The notes under the pieces were generated by a model. It made no database searches, was not told the DNA's origin, and worked only from the letters and a program-made list of their open reading frames with translations. From Kiritimatiellia bacterium (lineage in GTDB: Bacteria; Verrucomicrobiota; Kiritimatiellia; RFP12; UBA1067), in NCBI GenBank assembly GCA_045600365.1, contig JAZRXT010000156.1, positions 3,516 through 67,515 on the forward strand: 64,000 nt of DNA, given 5' to 3'. A program made the position numbers and the translations under genes. This document shows, piece after piece, positions 1 to 8,344 of the stretch. Positions within the stretch are counted from its first letter, which is position 1. Every line of letters begins with the position of its first letter.

Positions 1-1230
1 ATCACCCTCGCGGGTACTCGCCTTGGCGCCTTCGCAAATGCATGTCCACGAAAATGATTCATGCGGAGCCAACGTTCCTCCAGAAGGCAATTGGACATCA
101 CCACCATCATCTGACACAAGTCTGCCAAGATTCAGCGAACCTAATTCAAACGATCCACCGTTTGTCCCACCCGACGCTAACACGGACAGTACGACTCTAG
201 TAGAACGGCGCACTACCACATCTCCAGGAGAATTCGTATAGGTGTCCTCAAATATGACCGCTGGACTACTGAAGCCAATCGAGAAGGACGGTGTAGCAAC
301 ATCTTCTCCCGGTGCTTCGGGCGGCGATGGAACCGGGTCGTCAAAGCCACAACGACAGACTCCGCCAGTGATGGCGAATATCGCGTTCTCATAGCAATAT
401 CCGCCTATCGCCTGGCAGTCGCCGTGGCAGGTGCAGTTCGGCGTACAGCCAAACGTGACAGTATTGCCGGAACAGGTCACGCATCCACAGGCGGGTCCGC
501 CAGATGCACCAAGAAGCAGAGGTCGCGGCGATGGCGCCTCGTCCCAGGTTAAGGTACCGCCCGGATCGTACGGCGTGAACGAAATGGTGTACGTGCGATT
601 GGAGCCGGAATAGCCCTCGGTGAATACGGCGTCAAGCGGCCACTTGACCGCATACGAACGCTCGTCGTTCTGCTCAATCTGGGTAAAACCCTCATCGCTG
701 AAAGAGACCGAAATCGGCACGGTTGAGGTGACTGCGTACTCGACGCCGATCAGAAGCGGCACGTGGTTGGTAACGCCGCCGTTGGCAACGATCACCGGCG
801 AACCGAGGCGCGAGGTGCGGTCGGCATTGAAGTATATTGGCGCGGGGCCCCTCTCCGCGCACACCTCGACGTAGTAGTAGGCGTTGGCGTTCACATCGCC
901 GCGGAATGAGACCGCACCGCCGACACTTTCAAAGACATTGGAACAGACGATGCGCCGCCATTCGTCGTTCGTGTTCCCCTCGATCTGCGTCACCGTGTTA
1001 GTGTCGCCTTCAACCTGATCGACACCATTTGTTCCTTCCTTGATATTCGCGAAAGCAATCCATACACCAACGAACAGGGCGAGGAACGTCTTCTCCCAGG
1101 CGGGCAGACGGCGTAAACCACGGCGTGCCTGGCGGAACGGACGCCTCCCCTTCTCGACGTAGAGCGCGAGCAGGGACAGGAATACGACGCCATAGACGGC
1201 GATCACGCTGGCAATCGACGCGGCAATCAT
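1..1230 (-). CDS. Hypothetical membrane-anchored, Cys-rich extracytoplasmic protein (partial; N-terminus in window, continues past window start)
   Basis: Manual translation of the minus strand from the ATG at 1230 gives MIAASIASVIAVYGVVFLSLLALYVEKGRR... This is one TM helix followed by a Cys-rich region (CGCVTCSGNTVTFGCTPNCTCHGDCQ) with no stop before position 1. No complete ORF is listed here in the six-frame track, consistent with a partial ORF. There is a GAGG upstream of the ATG. Confidence 0.4.
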   Translation of the reverse strand, partial: MIAASIASVIAVYGVVFLSLLALYVEKGRRPFRQARRGLRRLPAWEKTFLALFVGVWIAFANIKEGTNGVDQVEGDTNTVTQIEGNTNDEWRRIVCSNVFESVGGAVSFRGDVNANAYYYVEVCAERGPAPIYFNADRTSRLGSPVIVANGGVTNHVPLLIGVEYAVTSTVPISVSFSDEGFTQIEQNDERSYAVKWPLDAVFTEGYSGSNRTYTISFTPYDPGGTLTWDEAPSPRPLLLGASGGPACGCVTCSGNTVTFGCTPNCTCHGDCQAIGGYCYENAIFAITGGVCRCGFDDPVPSPPEAPGEDVATPSFSIGFSSPAVIFEDTYTNSPGDVVVRRSTRVVLSVLASGGTNGGSFELGSLNLGRLVSDDGGDVQLPSGGTLAPHESFSWTCICEGAKASTREGD

Positions 1231-1532
1231 GGCGTGGCCTCAGCGGGGGAGTCAATATTCGTCATCACCTCCATGTCGGCATGCACGACGGGCGGCAGCG
1301 CGGCCGGAACTGGCGGCAGCGCCAGAAGCGGCATCGCGAACACGACTACGATCATGGTGGCGAATGCTTTCATTACGCTACCATTATATCATTTTCATTG
1401 TTGCGACTGCAAGCTGATTGTGGCGTGAAAGAAAGGTTATTAGCGAATCTCCACTTAACCTTCCCAGTTTGCCACTTCACCAACGCCATGCGTGAGTGGC
1501 AGGCAACCGAACTTCCGAGCCGCCGTCGTGCG

Positions 1533-1570
1533 TAAAAAACAAGAACCCCGTTCTTTCGAACAAGGGTTCC
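1533..1570 (-). terminator. Rho-independent terminator downstream of the 1605-2321 gene
   Basis: The minus-strand reading is GGAACCCTTGTTCGAAAGAACGGGGTTC followed by TTGTTTTTTAC. This is a GC-rich imperfect hairpin (GAACCC/GGGTTC with an inner GTTC/GAAC) plus a U-run, about 35 nt after the stop at 1605. Confidence 0.5.
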
Positions 1571-1604
1571 TGCCAATCCGGCTTGATTCAGCACTCCCCC
1601 AAAG

Positions 1605-2321
1605 CTACTTGCGGGTATTCTCCTCAATCTGGATCAAGAGGGGAATAATGAGAAAAAGAACCAAACCGATCAAGGCTCCACCGCAAATGGACAAAGCCAT
1701 GGTCTTCTTGATTCGCGTTTTGACCACATCGGCTTCCGCCGTCTCAAGGGCAGATTCAAAGAGACCGTCGTACCATCCAACGACCGTTTCTCCATCAAAC
1801 TTGTCCTTGCTGTCCTTCCTTTCGCAGTTTTTCTTCGCCGCCTTGGCGAAGTCAAGAGCTCCGTCGATGTAGTCTTCACGCATCTCCTTCTTCATCCTAG
1901 CGAGTTTGCGGACATAGCGTTCATACGCTTCCTTGGGAAGTGCGCACAGCTCCATCAACTTTGTTATCTCGGAGTCGAATTCCTTGCGAACCGCATTGGT
2001 TTCCTTCAAGGACTTCATGTCACCGCTGTTGTCGTTCCGCATGCCCTCTTCTGAGGCCAGTGCTTCACGGACCTCATCGAAATCTGGAACCTTGACCCCC
2101 GACGCCCCAGAGAACACATAGTACAGCAATGAAAACGCCATCGTGGCTATACAGAGGAACATGAACAGCGCCGCAACGATCTTGCCGAAGAAGAAGACTT
2201 TCTTCATAAAGGCACTTGTCCATCCCGCTGCTTTGTTGATGTCAACCTTCGCCACTAGTTCGGAGGCCTGATTCTTCAGTTGTTCCGCATGATGCGAAAC
2301 GCTTTCTTTGTCGATGTCCAT
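1605..2321 (-). CDS. Hypothetical membrane protein (coiled-coil/charged N-terminal region, two C-terminal TM helices)
   Basis: The ORF is 1605..2468. The first ATG with an SD (AGGAAAG) is at 2321 (MDIDKESVSHH...). TM segments are IVAALFMFLCIATMAFSLLYYVF and LSICGGALIGLVLFLIIPLLI. No family was recognised. Confidence 0.5.
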   Translation of the reverse strand: MDIDKESVSHHAEQLKNQASELVAKVDINKAAGWTSAFMKKVFFFGKIVAALFMFLCIATMAFSLLYYVFSGASGVKVPDFDEVREALASEEGMRNDNSGDMKSLKETNAVRKEFDSEITKLMELCALPKEAYERYVRKLARMKKEMREDYIDGALDFAKAAKKNCERKDSKDKFDGETVVGWYDGLFESALETAEADVVKTRIKKTMALSICGGALIGLVLFLIIPLLIQIEENTRK

Positions 2322-2771
2322 TTTTCTTTCCTTTTCCCTTATTGCCTTGACTATCACCTCAGGGAAAAGAAAGGGCGCAATTCCCATCGGTGTTTCAATG
2401 GAGGCCTTAGGATGCCCGAAGAGAGAACACGAAGAGAATGCGCCACAGTGTGCGCATCCACTCACCATGCCAGGCTCTCTTCAGAAAGTTCCTAAGTTTC
2501 CATTGAGCCAACATAGCGCGAACGCTAAGTTGTTTTGACTGTTCGGCCTCACCCGAGGCCGTAGGTCACGCCGATCTCCACGCTTGTCGCGCATGTCGGC
2601 TGCCAGCCCGAATTAAATCAAGCTGTATGTCAAAGATCAGGCGTTCGGATGTGTCGGATTGTAGATCGTCAAATCCGGATACAGCGAACGAAAATCGTCT
2701 CCAGTGCGGGTAATCAGCCCGGCATTCTCCATCGCAAGGACCTCTGCTTGCATCGATGACATTATACCATT

Positions 2772-2800
2772 TTCCGTTCGGTCGCGCAACAGGAAATTCA
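2772..2800 (-). promoter_or_regulatory. Putative sigma70 promoter (TTGCGC-17-TGGTATAAT) firing toward 2321
   Basis: The plus strand reads gacATTATACCAtttt, which is TGGTATAAT on the minus strand (an extended -10). A TTGCGC sits 17 nt upstream. It would give a ~430-nt leader or ncRNA before the ATG at 2321. Confidence 0.35.
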
Positions 2801-2963
2801 TCCGCCAGCGGTTTCACGGTCTACGGGGAAACCGTGAACGCGGCGACGACGCCGTCCAGCGCACGCGCCGTCACCAGCAGCCCCCGGCCCATCTCCAGTG
2901 ACCGATTGCTGTGCGAGCTGTTGACAATCGCCCGCGTTGCGCCGAAGACCGCGGCCGCGTATT

Positions 2964-4217
2964 TCATTCGTTATCCCTGGCCAATTTCACCGCCGCGACG
3001 GCGGCACCGACCATCGGCGCGTCATCGATGTGGAAAACGTCAAATGGGATTCCGGGCGCTAGTTCGGCGATTCCCTCCCGGACGATGCCGTTGAAATTCA
3101 CGGCGCGCACCTTCCAGTAAGTAGAGCCGTCGACCGTGATGCGCACGGGCGAACGCCCCGCCAGGGCCGAACGCCGCACGAACGCCGTGAGATGCGCCGC
3201 GGTGAGCCGGGCCGCCCGGCGAAAGACCGCACGGGCGATTTCACGGGCGGCGTTCACCTCTTCGGGACGAATCGCCGCAACGAGTGGATTCTCCTGCGTC
3301 GCCTCGCCCGTCGCAAACGAATCAAGCTCACAGGTCGAGAGCGACGTAAGCGCCGAAAGTCCCTCGTCCGCGAACAATCCATCCGCCGCCGCCCGCTTCA
3401 ACAGCTCAAGCCCCACGCCGCCCAGATAAGCGCCAGACACCATCTTCTCGAACTGCGCCGCACCCGTATCCGGCAAGGAGGCATCATACGCCTTGTCGCA
3501 CGCGGCGCGCGGAACCTTGTCGCATTCGCCCGATTCCGCATTGCGAACCGTCCCGTTCTCAATCGAGGCAAGGATCGTACCCGTGCCGAGGATGAAGCCG
3601 ACCTGGCCCGGACAAGACGGACCTGCGGCCGAAAGCCCCGCGAGCAACGTTGCAACCGTGTCGTTCAACACGACCACCGGCAGCGGACCATCCTTGAGCC
3701 GCCGCACCAGCTCGGCCCCCACGCGCTGCCCGATCACCTCCGGCGCCTCGATCTGCTTCGACCAGGCAACGAGTTCGGCATCGCCGCCCGGCAACGACCG
3801 ACACTCGTACGAGAAGCAGTAGCCAACGCTCGCGGCCTTCGGCTCCAGCGCGCGTACGGCGTCGACTTCCGCTGCAATCGCCGCATGAAAGGCGTCGGCA
3901 GAAACATTCCCATGCGTTCCGGGCATTTCGGACTTCCGCATGTACGCAAACACCGGACCCTTCTCCGTCAACCGCATGGACGCCACCCGCAGGTTCGTGC
4001 CCCCGGCGTCGACGACGATGACCGGCAGCGAGGCCGACCCTCCACGATTGCCGCCGGATGCCGCCGAAAGGTGCGAGTCGATCATCCGCAGGGACGATGA
4101 TTCCCCGCGCAGGGCTAGCTCCGCCTCCGCGGAAAACGCCTCCGCCACCCTTTCGAGGTCGTCCCGCTCAAGGATAAAGCCGTTCCGCCCGAGGAATTCC
4201 TGCAACTGCTCACTCAT
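2964..4217 (-). CDS. Hexokinase-family sugar kinase (eukaryote-type hexokinase fold)
   Basis: LPVIVVDAGGTNLRVASMRL matches the hexokinase phosphate-1 motif L-A-x-D-L-GGTN-F/L-RV. VGYCFSYEC and LNDTVATLLAG match the hexokinase sugar-binding and connect regions. The ATG at 4217 is preferred over the GTG at 4223, and the gene overlaps the upstream GH stop. Confidence 0.75.
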   Translation of the reverse strand: MSEQLQEFLGRNGFILERDDLERVAEAFSAEAELALRGESSSLRMIDSHLSAASGGNRGGSASLPVIVVDAGGTNLRVASMRLTEKGPVFAYMRKSEMPGTHGNVSADAFHAAIAAEVDAVRALEPKAASVGYCFSYECRSLPGGDAELVAWSKQIEAPEVIGQRVGAELVRRLKDGPLPVVVLNDTVATLLAGLSAAGPSCPGQVGFILGTGTILASIENGTVRNAESGECDKVPRAACDKAYDASLPDTGAAQFEKMVSGAYLGGVGLELLKRAAADGLFADEGLSALTSLSTCELDSFATGEATQENPLVAAIRPEEVNAAREIARAVFRRAARLTAAHLTAFVRRSALAGRSPVRITVDGSTYWKVRAVNFNGIVREGIAELAPGIPFDVFHIDDAPMVGAAVAAVKLARDNE

Positions 4218-5811
4218 GCGCACGCCCTGCCAGTTTTCTCGGGAACGAATTGACTCCCGCCTTTACCTTGAAGTCGCGTCCATCCGCCTTAAGCGTGAAC
4301 GGCAGGTTCGAATCAACCGAAATCTCCGTCGCCGTGGCAATGACGTTGCACTTCACCTTGCCGAACCTGTAGTTCTCGACGCCGACGCGGCCCTTCGGAC
4401 TAAGTTCGAAGTCGCAAGTGAGCGTATTCGCGAAGGCGTTCGCCTCCTTGATGCCGATCACATCTTCAATGAAAATTGAAATTGGCCCCAGTGCCGACCA
4501 GCCGCAGAAGCTGTCACGCGCGTAACCGGCCTTCTTCGCGTAGGTCGAGGGCTTGGGCTCAGTCGGCGAATAGCTCTCCCAGATCGAATGCGGCTCGAAC
4601 TTCTTCCAGGTATCGTACATGTCGAAGACGATCCTGCGTGCAATGTCACGCGCCAGCGCCGTCTCGCCGGCACCGTCGAGGCCCTTGAGTGTCATGTAGG
4701 TGGTCGGCATCCACACTCCTCCGCGCCAATAGCCGCCCGACGGCCAGAAGTCGGCATCCTTGCGGGCGAGGGAGGGAGTCGGCACGGCGCCGCCGAACCA
4801 CTCCGGTGAGCGCAGCTTCTCGATTAGCCGCGCACGGCGCGCGGGCGACGGCGTCTCGGCGAGAAGCGGCCAGTATGACGCGATTGTCGGCACCTTGCAC
4901 TTCGAGCGGTCTGACGACAGGATGTCGTAGTAGAAGCCGTCCTGCTCGTCCCAATAGAGCGACTCGATCTTCCGTTTCTGCTCCTCGTACTTCGAGCGCC
5001 ATTCCGCGGCACCGGCGGTGTCGCCCAGCAGATCCGCGATGCGCGAGATGGACAAGGCAGCCAGCGTCTGCTGCGCAAGCGCGTCGATCCACAGCAGCTT
5101 GGGATTCTCCGGGCATCCCCCCGGCGACCCGGCGTCCTTCGCCCCTGCGCGTCCGCGCGGCGTGTTGTCCATTCCACTCGGGCAGCCTCCCCAGTGGTAT
5201 CCATCGGCCGTCTTCTTCGCGGCAACCGGCTGGACCGATCCGTAGGGCTGCGGCTGCGACGGGTCGAAGTTCTCGAAGAGCTCGTACCACCGCTGGAGCC
5301 AGCGCTTGTCGCGATAGACCTTCTCCAGCCGAGCCCGGTCGCCCGTCTGGAGCGCATAGAGGTATTCGGTCCAGGCGAAGAGCGGAGGATTATCCGGATG
5401 GTGAATGCGGAAGTCGAGCATCTTGCCCTCGTCCGCCCCGCACCAGCGGTTGCCCCTCACCTTGGGAAGCGGCATGTTCCTGTCCGCAAGCATCACCCCG
5501 TAGAAGTTCTCGAGCGACTCGATGCCGGGGAATTCTTCCGGACAGTACTTGCAGAAGTGCACCATGAAGCACGTGTCCCAGATCCAGATGCGATTGGACA
5601 TGTGCGCCTCGTCCATGTACCGCGGCGCCGGCAGTCCCGGTAGCTCGTCGATGCGCGTATGCGCGATCTTCCAGGCCTCGTCATAAAGCCCGACCAGCTC
5701 CGGTCTTTCGTCGAAGACCGGCCGCGGCAGAAACTGCCGCCATTCCGCCGCCTGGGCATAAATTCCAATCGTGGCGACTACCGCCAAGCACACCATTGAC
5801 GCATTTTTCAC
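4210..5811 (-). CDS. Secreted (alpha/alpha)6-barrel glycoside hydrolase (GH63/GH37/GH100-like glucosidase/trehalase/invertase-type)
   Basis: Signal peptide MKNASMVCLAVVATIGIYAQA. GTG start at 5811 with a strong SD (TAGGAGGGGAAG). The W/Y-rich catalytic-barrel motifs (WGGCPSGMDNTP, GGYWRGGVWMPTTY) are typical of six-hairpin glycosidases. The family assignment is approximate. Confidence 0.55.
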   Translation of the reverse strand: MKNASMVCLAVVATIGIYAQAAEWRQFLPRPVFDERPELVGLYDEAWKIAHTRIDELPGLPAPRYMDEAHMSNRIWIWDTCFMVHFCKYCPEEFPGIESLENFYGVMLADRNMPLPKVRGNRWCGADEGKMLDFRIHHPDNPPLFAWTEYLYALQTGDRARLEKVYRDKRWLQRWYELFENFDPSQPQPYGSVQPVAAKKTADGYHWGGCPSGMDNTPRGRAGAKDAGSPGGCPENPKLLWIDALAQQTLAALSISRIADLLGDTAGAAEWRSKYEEQKRKIESLYWDEQDGFYYDILSSDRSKCKVPTIASYWPLLAETPSPARRARLIEKLRSPEWFGGAVPTPSLARKDADFWPSGGYWRGGVWMPTTYMTLKGLDGAGETALARDIARRIVFDMYDTWKKFEPHSIWESYSPTEPKPSTYAKKAGYARDSFCGWSALGPISIFIEDVIGIKEANAFANTLTCDFELSPKGRVGVENYRFGKVKCNVIATATEISVDSNLPFTLKADGRDFKVKAGVNSFPRKLAGRAHE

Positions 5812-5823
5812 GGTCTTCCCCTC

Positions 5824-8211
5824 CTAGCGAATGATTAAAGTAGTGCCCCGAGGCAGAAGATCGCACTCGTAGCATCCGATGTCGACCCGGTCGCCGAAGA
5901 GGCGCGCCTTGCCTACAAAGTCAGTGGCCGACATCTGCCAGTCCTGCGCGTAGCCGGCGTCTCGCGCAGGGGAACGCAATGTAAGGGCGTACTCGTCGAG
6001 TCCCTTCTCGCCGCGCGCGAACTGCGGATCGGCGTTCGCCAGGTTGCCGCCGCCGTCCGTGAAGTTGGTCACGCAATGGCTGTCGGCGAACATCTGCCCC
6101 CAGAGGCAGTTCCTGAGCGTCGTGCCGGCGGGATCCATGTTCTCGTAGAGGTTGAAGTCGCAGACCCTCCCCTTGTCGGACCAGGCGTGCTCCGTGTTGT
6201 TCTGATTGCGGTTGTTGGAGAAGATGCAGTTCTCGAAGAGCGCCAACTGCGTCTTGCCACCGTCGTGGCAGTAGAAGCTGTACCATTGCCAGAAGCAGTT
6301 GTCGGCGAAGGTGCAGTTCACCCACTCCGGCCTGGTCGAGTCCGTGTCGGCGCTGCGCGAGCCGCGGCTGCTGTAGATGATGCCCCAGTCGCCGTAGCAG
6401 TGGTCGATCAGGCAGTTCGTGGCCCAGTTGGCGTTGAAGAACGCGCTGTGGACCTTGCTCCTGTCGAGAGAGACGTGGTGGATGCGGCAGGAGTCGAGGC
6501 TGCAGAGGCAGATCGCGCCGCCGTCGAGGTCGCAGCGAATGAGCTGGCAGCATTCCGCGTCGCAGCACGTGCCGTTGCTGTCCAGGTAGTTGCCCGTGAA
6601 ACGGCTGTCGCGGACCTCAGCCCCGTAGGCGACGCCGTACTTCGCGGCGTTGTTCGTGAACGTGCAGTCCACGTACTCGCCGCCATTCACCGCCGCCCCC
6701 TGACTGCAGACGTTCGCCTCGAACCAGCAGTTGGAGAAGGCCGTCGTCGCCTGGGGCTCGACATAGACCGCCCCGCCCACGGAAGTGCAGGTATTGGTGC
6801 GGAAGACGGAGTTCTCCACCCGGCATGTGCCGTGGCTCGCCACGTAGATCGCCGCGCCGTACGTGTAGGCGTTCGTGGCGAAAAGGCAGTCGTCGACGTG
6901 GCATGTGCCGTTCGACGCGACTCCGATCGCGCCGCCCCAGTTGTAGACGTAGTACTTATGATCGCGGAAGACGCAGCCCTTCAGGTCGAGTACGTCACAG
7001 TCGCCCACGTAGAAGCTGGCGCCGGCCAACTTGTTATGGACGTCAGAGCCGTTCGCGACGAAGGTGCAGTTCGTGAACGCACCGGCCGCGGCAACGCCGC
7101 CCACACAAGGCGAATAGTTGCCCTCGAAGACGCAGTCGACCACCTGATAGCGCGACCGCCAGGTGTAGACCTTGCTGTCGTTCAGTGGATCGAAGAAAAG
7201 CGTCGAGCCGCGCGCGACGTAGGTCGACACGTTGGTGTTGCAGAGAAAGCGGCAGCCGATGACCGGGACGGTGGCATGGGAGCGGCGCACGCCGATGGCC
7301 GAGCCCTCCTGCGCGGTGTTGGCCTCGAACGTGCAGTCGATGAAGGTCGGCGCGTAGGTCGTGGCGTTCTCGATGCCGACGGTGCCGATGTTCTGACCCG
7401 TCGAATTGCCCCGGAACGTGCAGTTGCTCACGACGGTGCCGGCGGCGTTGTTGTTAATGGAAAGCGCACCCGAATAGTAGTAGGTCTTGTTGCCCTCGAA
7501 CAGGCAGTCGTAGGCGCCGCGCGGATTCTCGAGCGCCCCGTAGTAGCAGCCGTTGCCAAGGGTGGAGTTGCCGCGGAACGTGCAACCGACCACGCGCGTT
7601 CCCTGCGCGGCGCCCGTGTAGCCGCTCGCCGTGTTGGACTCGAACAGGCAGTCGACGGCGAGGCCGTTCACGACGCCGCCCGCGATCTTCGCCCGGCAGG
7701 TGCGCACCACGCAATTCGACATGTACGTTCCGTCGCCATGCGTCGCGTTTCCCGCAACCCAGCCGGAGTTGAACACGACGGCGCCGCCCTTGTCGGTGCC
7801 GCCGTTGAAACCCTGGAACGTTATGCCCGAGACCTTGAACGCAACGTCGGCCGTCAGGTTGATCGCACGGCCGGAACCGGTGAAGACGACGTCGTCCGCC
7901 CAGTGCTCCGTCGTTTCGCCACGAATGTTCAGCGCCTTCGAAATACTCAGATGGTCAACAACGCCACCCGCACCAGATGCCATGCTCACGCTGGTGAAGT
8001 CATACGTGCCGGGATGAACGACGATCGTGTCGCCCGATGCGGACTGGTTGACGGCATTGACGATCTGCTGCGGCCCCGAAACGCCCCCCTGCGCCTCGGC
8101 ATAGACATGCCATTCAGCTGCCTGCGCACGGCAAAGACATAGCGCGGCCGACAGTGAAACCACAACTTGGGCGAAGATGCCATATCCACTCAGATGAACA
8201 GAATTTTTCAT
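5824..8211 (-). CDS. Secreted right-handed parallel beta-helix repeat protein (pectate-lyase-like / PbH1 repeats)
   Basis: ATG at 8211 with a GGAG SD, and signal peptide MKNSVHLSGYGIFAQVVVSLSAALCLCRAQA. There are dozens of CxF..N / NxxxxN beta-helix rungs, for example GCTFRGNST, NCTFRGNSTG, DCTFEANTA, GCRFLCNTN, DCVFEGNYS and NCTFVANGS. Confidence 0.7.
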   Translation of the reverse strand: MKNSVHLSGYGIFAQVVVSLSAALCLCRAQAAEWHVYAEAQGGVSGPQQIVNAVNQSASGDTIVVHPGTYDFTSVSMASGAGGVVDHLSISKALNIRGETTEHWADDVVFTGSGRAINLTADVAFKVSGITFQGFNGGTDKGGAVVFNSGWVAGNATHGDGTYMSNCVVRTCRAKIAGGVVNGLAVDCLFESNTASGYTGAAQGTRVVGCTFRGNSTLGNGCYYGALENPRGAYDCLFEGNKTYYYSGALSINNNAAGTVVSNCTFRGNSTGQNIGTVGIENATTYAPTFIDCTFEANTAQEGSAIGVRRSHATVPVIGCRFLCNTNVSTYVARGSTLFFDPLNDSKVYTWRSRYQVVDCVFEGNYSPCVGGVAAAGAFTNCTFVANGSDVHNKLAGASFYVGDCDVLDLKGCVFRDHKYYVYNWGGAIGVASNGTCHVDDCLFATNAYTYGAAIYVASHGTCRVENSVFRTNTCTSVGGAVYVEPQATTAFSNCWFEANVCSQGAAVNGGEYVDCTFTNNAAKYGVAYGAEVRDSRFTGNYLDSNGTCCDAECCQLIRCDLDGGAICLCSLDSCRIHHVSLDRSKVHSAFFNANWATNCLIDHCYGDWGIIYSSRGSRSADTDSTRPEWVNCTFADNCFWQWYSFYCHDGGKTQLALFENCIFSNNRNQNNTEHAWSDKGRVCDFNLYENMDPAGTTLRNCLWGQMFADSHCVTNFTDGGGNLANADPQFARGEKGLDEYALTLRSPARDAGYAQDWQMSATDFVGKARLFGDRVDIGCYECDLLPRGTTLIIR

Positions 8212-8247
8212 GAAAACTCCTTGTTGCGTTGAACAATGACGGCGCAT

Positions 8248-8285
8248 ATTATACCAAAAAACTAAGGCACGTACAGAGTTTGTAA
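8248..8285 (-). promoter_or_regulatory. Putative promoter of the beta-helix/GH/hexokinase operon (extended -10 TGGTATAAT)
   Basis: The plus strand reads catATTATACCAaaaaa, which is TTTTTGGTATAAT on the minus strand, ~30 nt upstream of the ATG at 8211. The -35 is unclear. Confidence 0.4.
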
Positions 8286-8291
8286 TATCGG

Positions 8292-8327
8292 TTCAAGACA
8301 GAATTTTATATCTTTTCAAGACAGAAT
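8292..8327. promoter_or_regulatory. Two 13-nt direct repeats TTCAAGACAGAAT (spacing 23 nt); candidate operator of the adjacent AraC/XylR-type regulator
   Basis: There are exact copies at 8292-8304 and 8315-8327 in the divergent intergenic region. They overlap the -35 region of the regulator-gene promoter. Direct-repeat operators are typical of the AraC family. Confidence 0.4.
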
Positions 8328-8337
8328 ATGGTATACT
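8309..8337 (+). promoter_or_regulatory. Promoter of the regulator gene: extended -10 TGgTATACT ending 7 nt before the ATG (leaderless)
   Basis: tatgGTATACTtcacttcATG: the TG is at 8329-30, TATACT at 8332-37, and the ATG at 8345. There is no SD. Confidence 0.4.
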
Positions 8338-8344
8338 TCACTTC

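Noticed and set aside
6076-8142. 688-aa plus-strand ORF antisense to the beta-helix gene
   Set aside because: It is Ala/Arg/Val-rich with low complexity and no start context. This is a typical spurious antisense ORF of a high-GC coding region.
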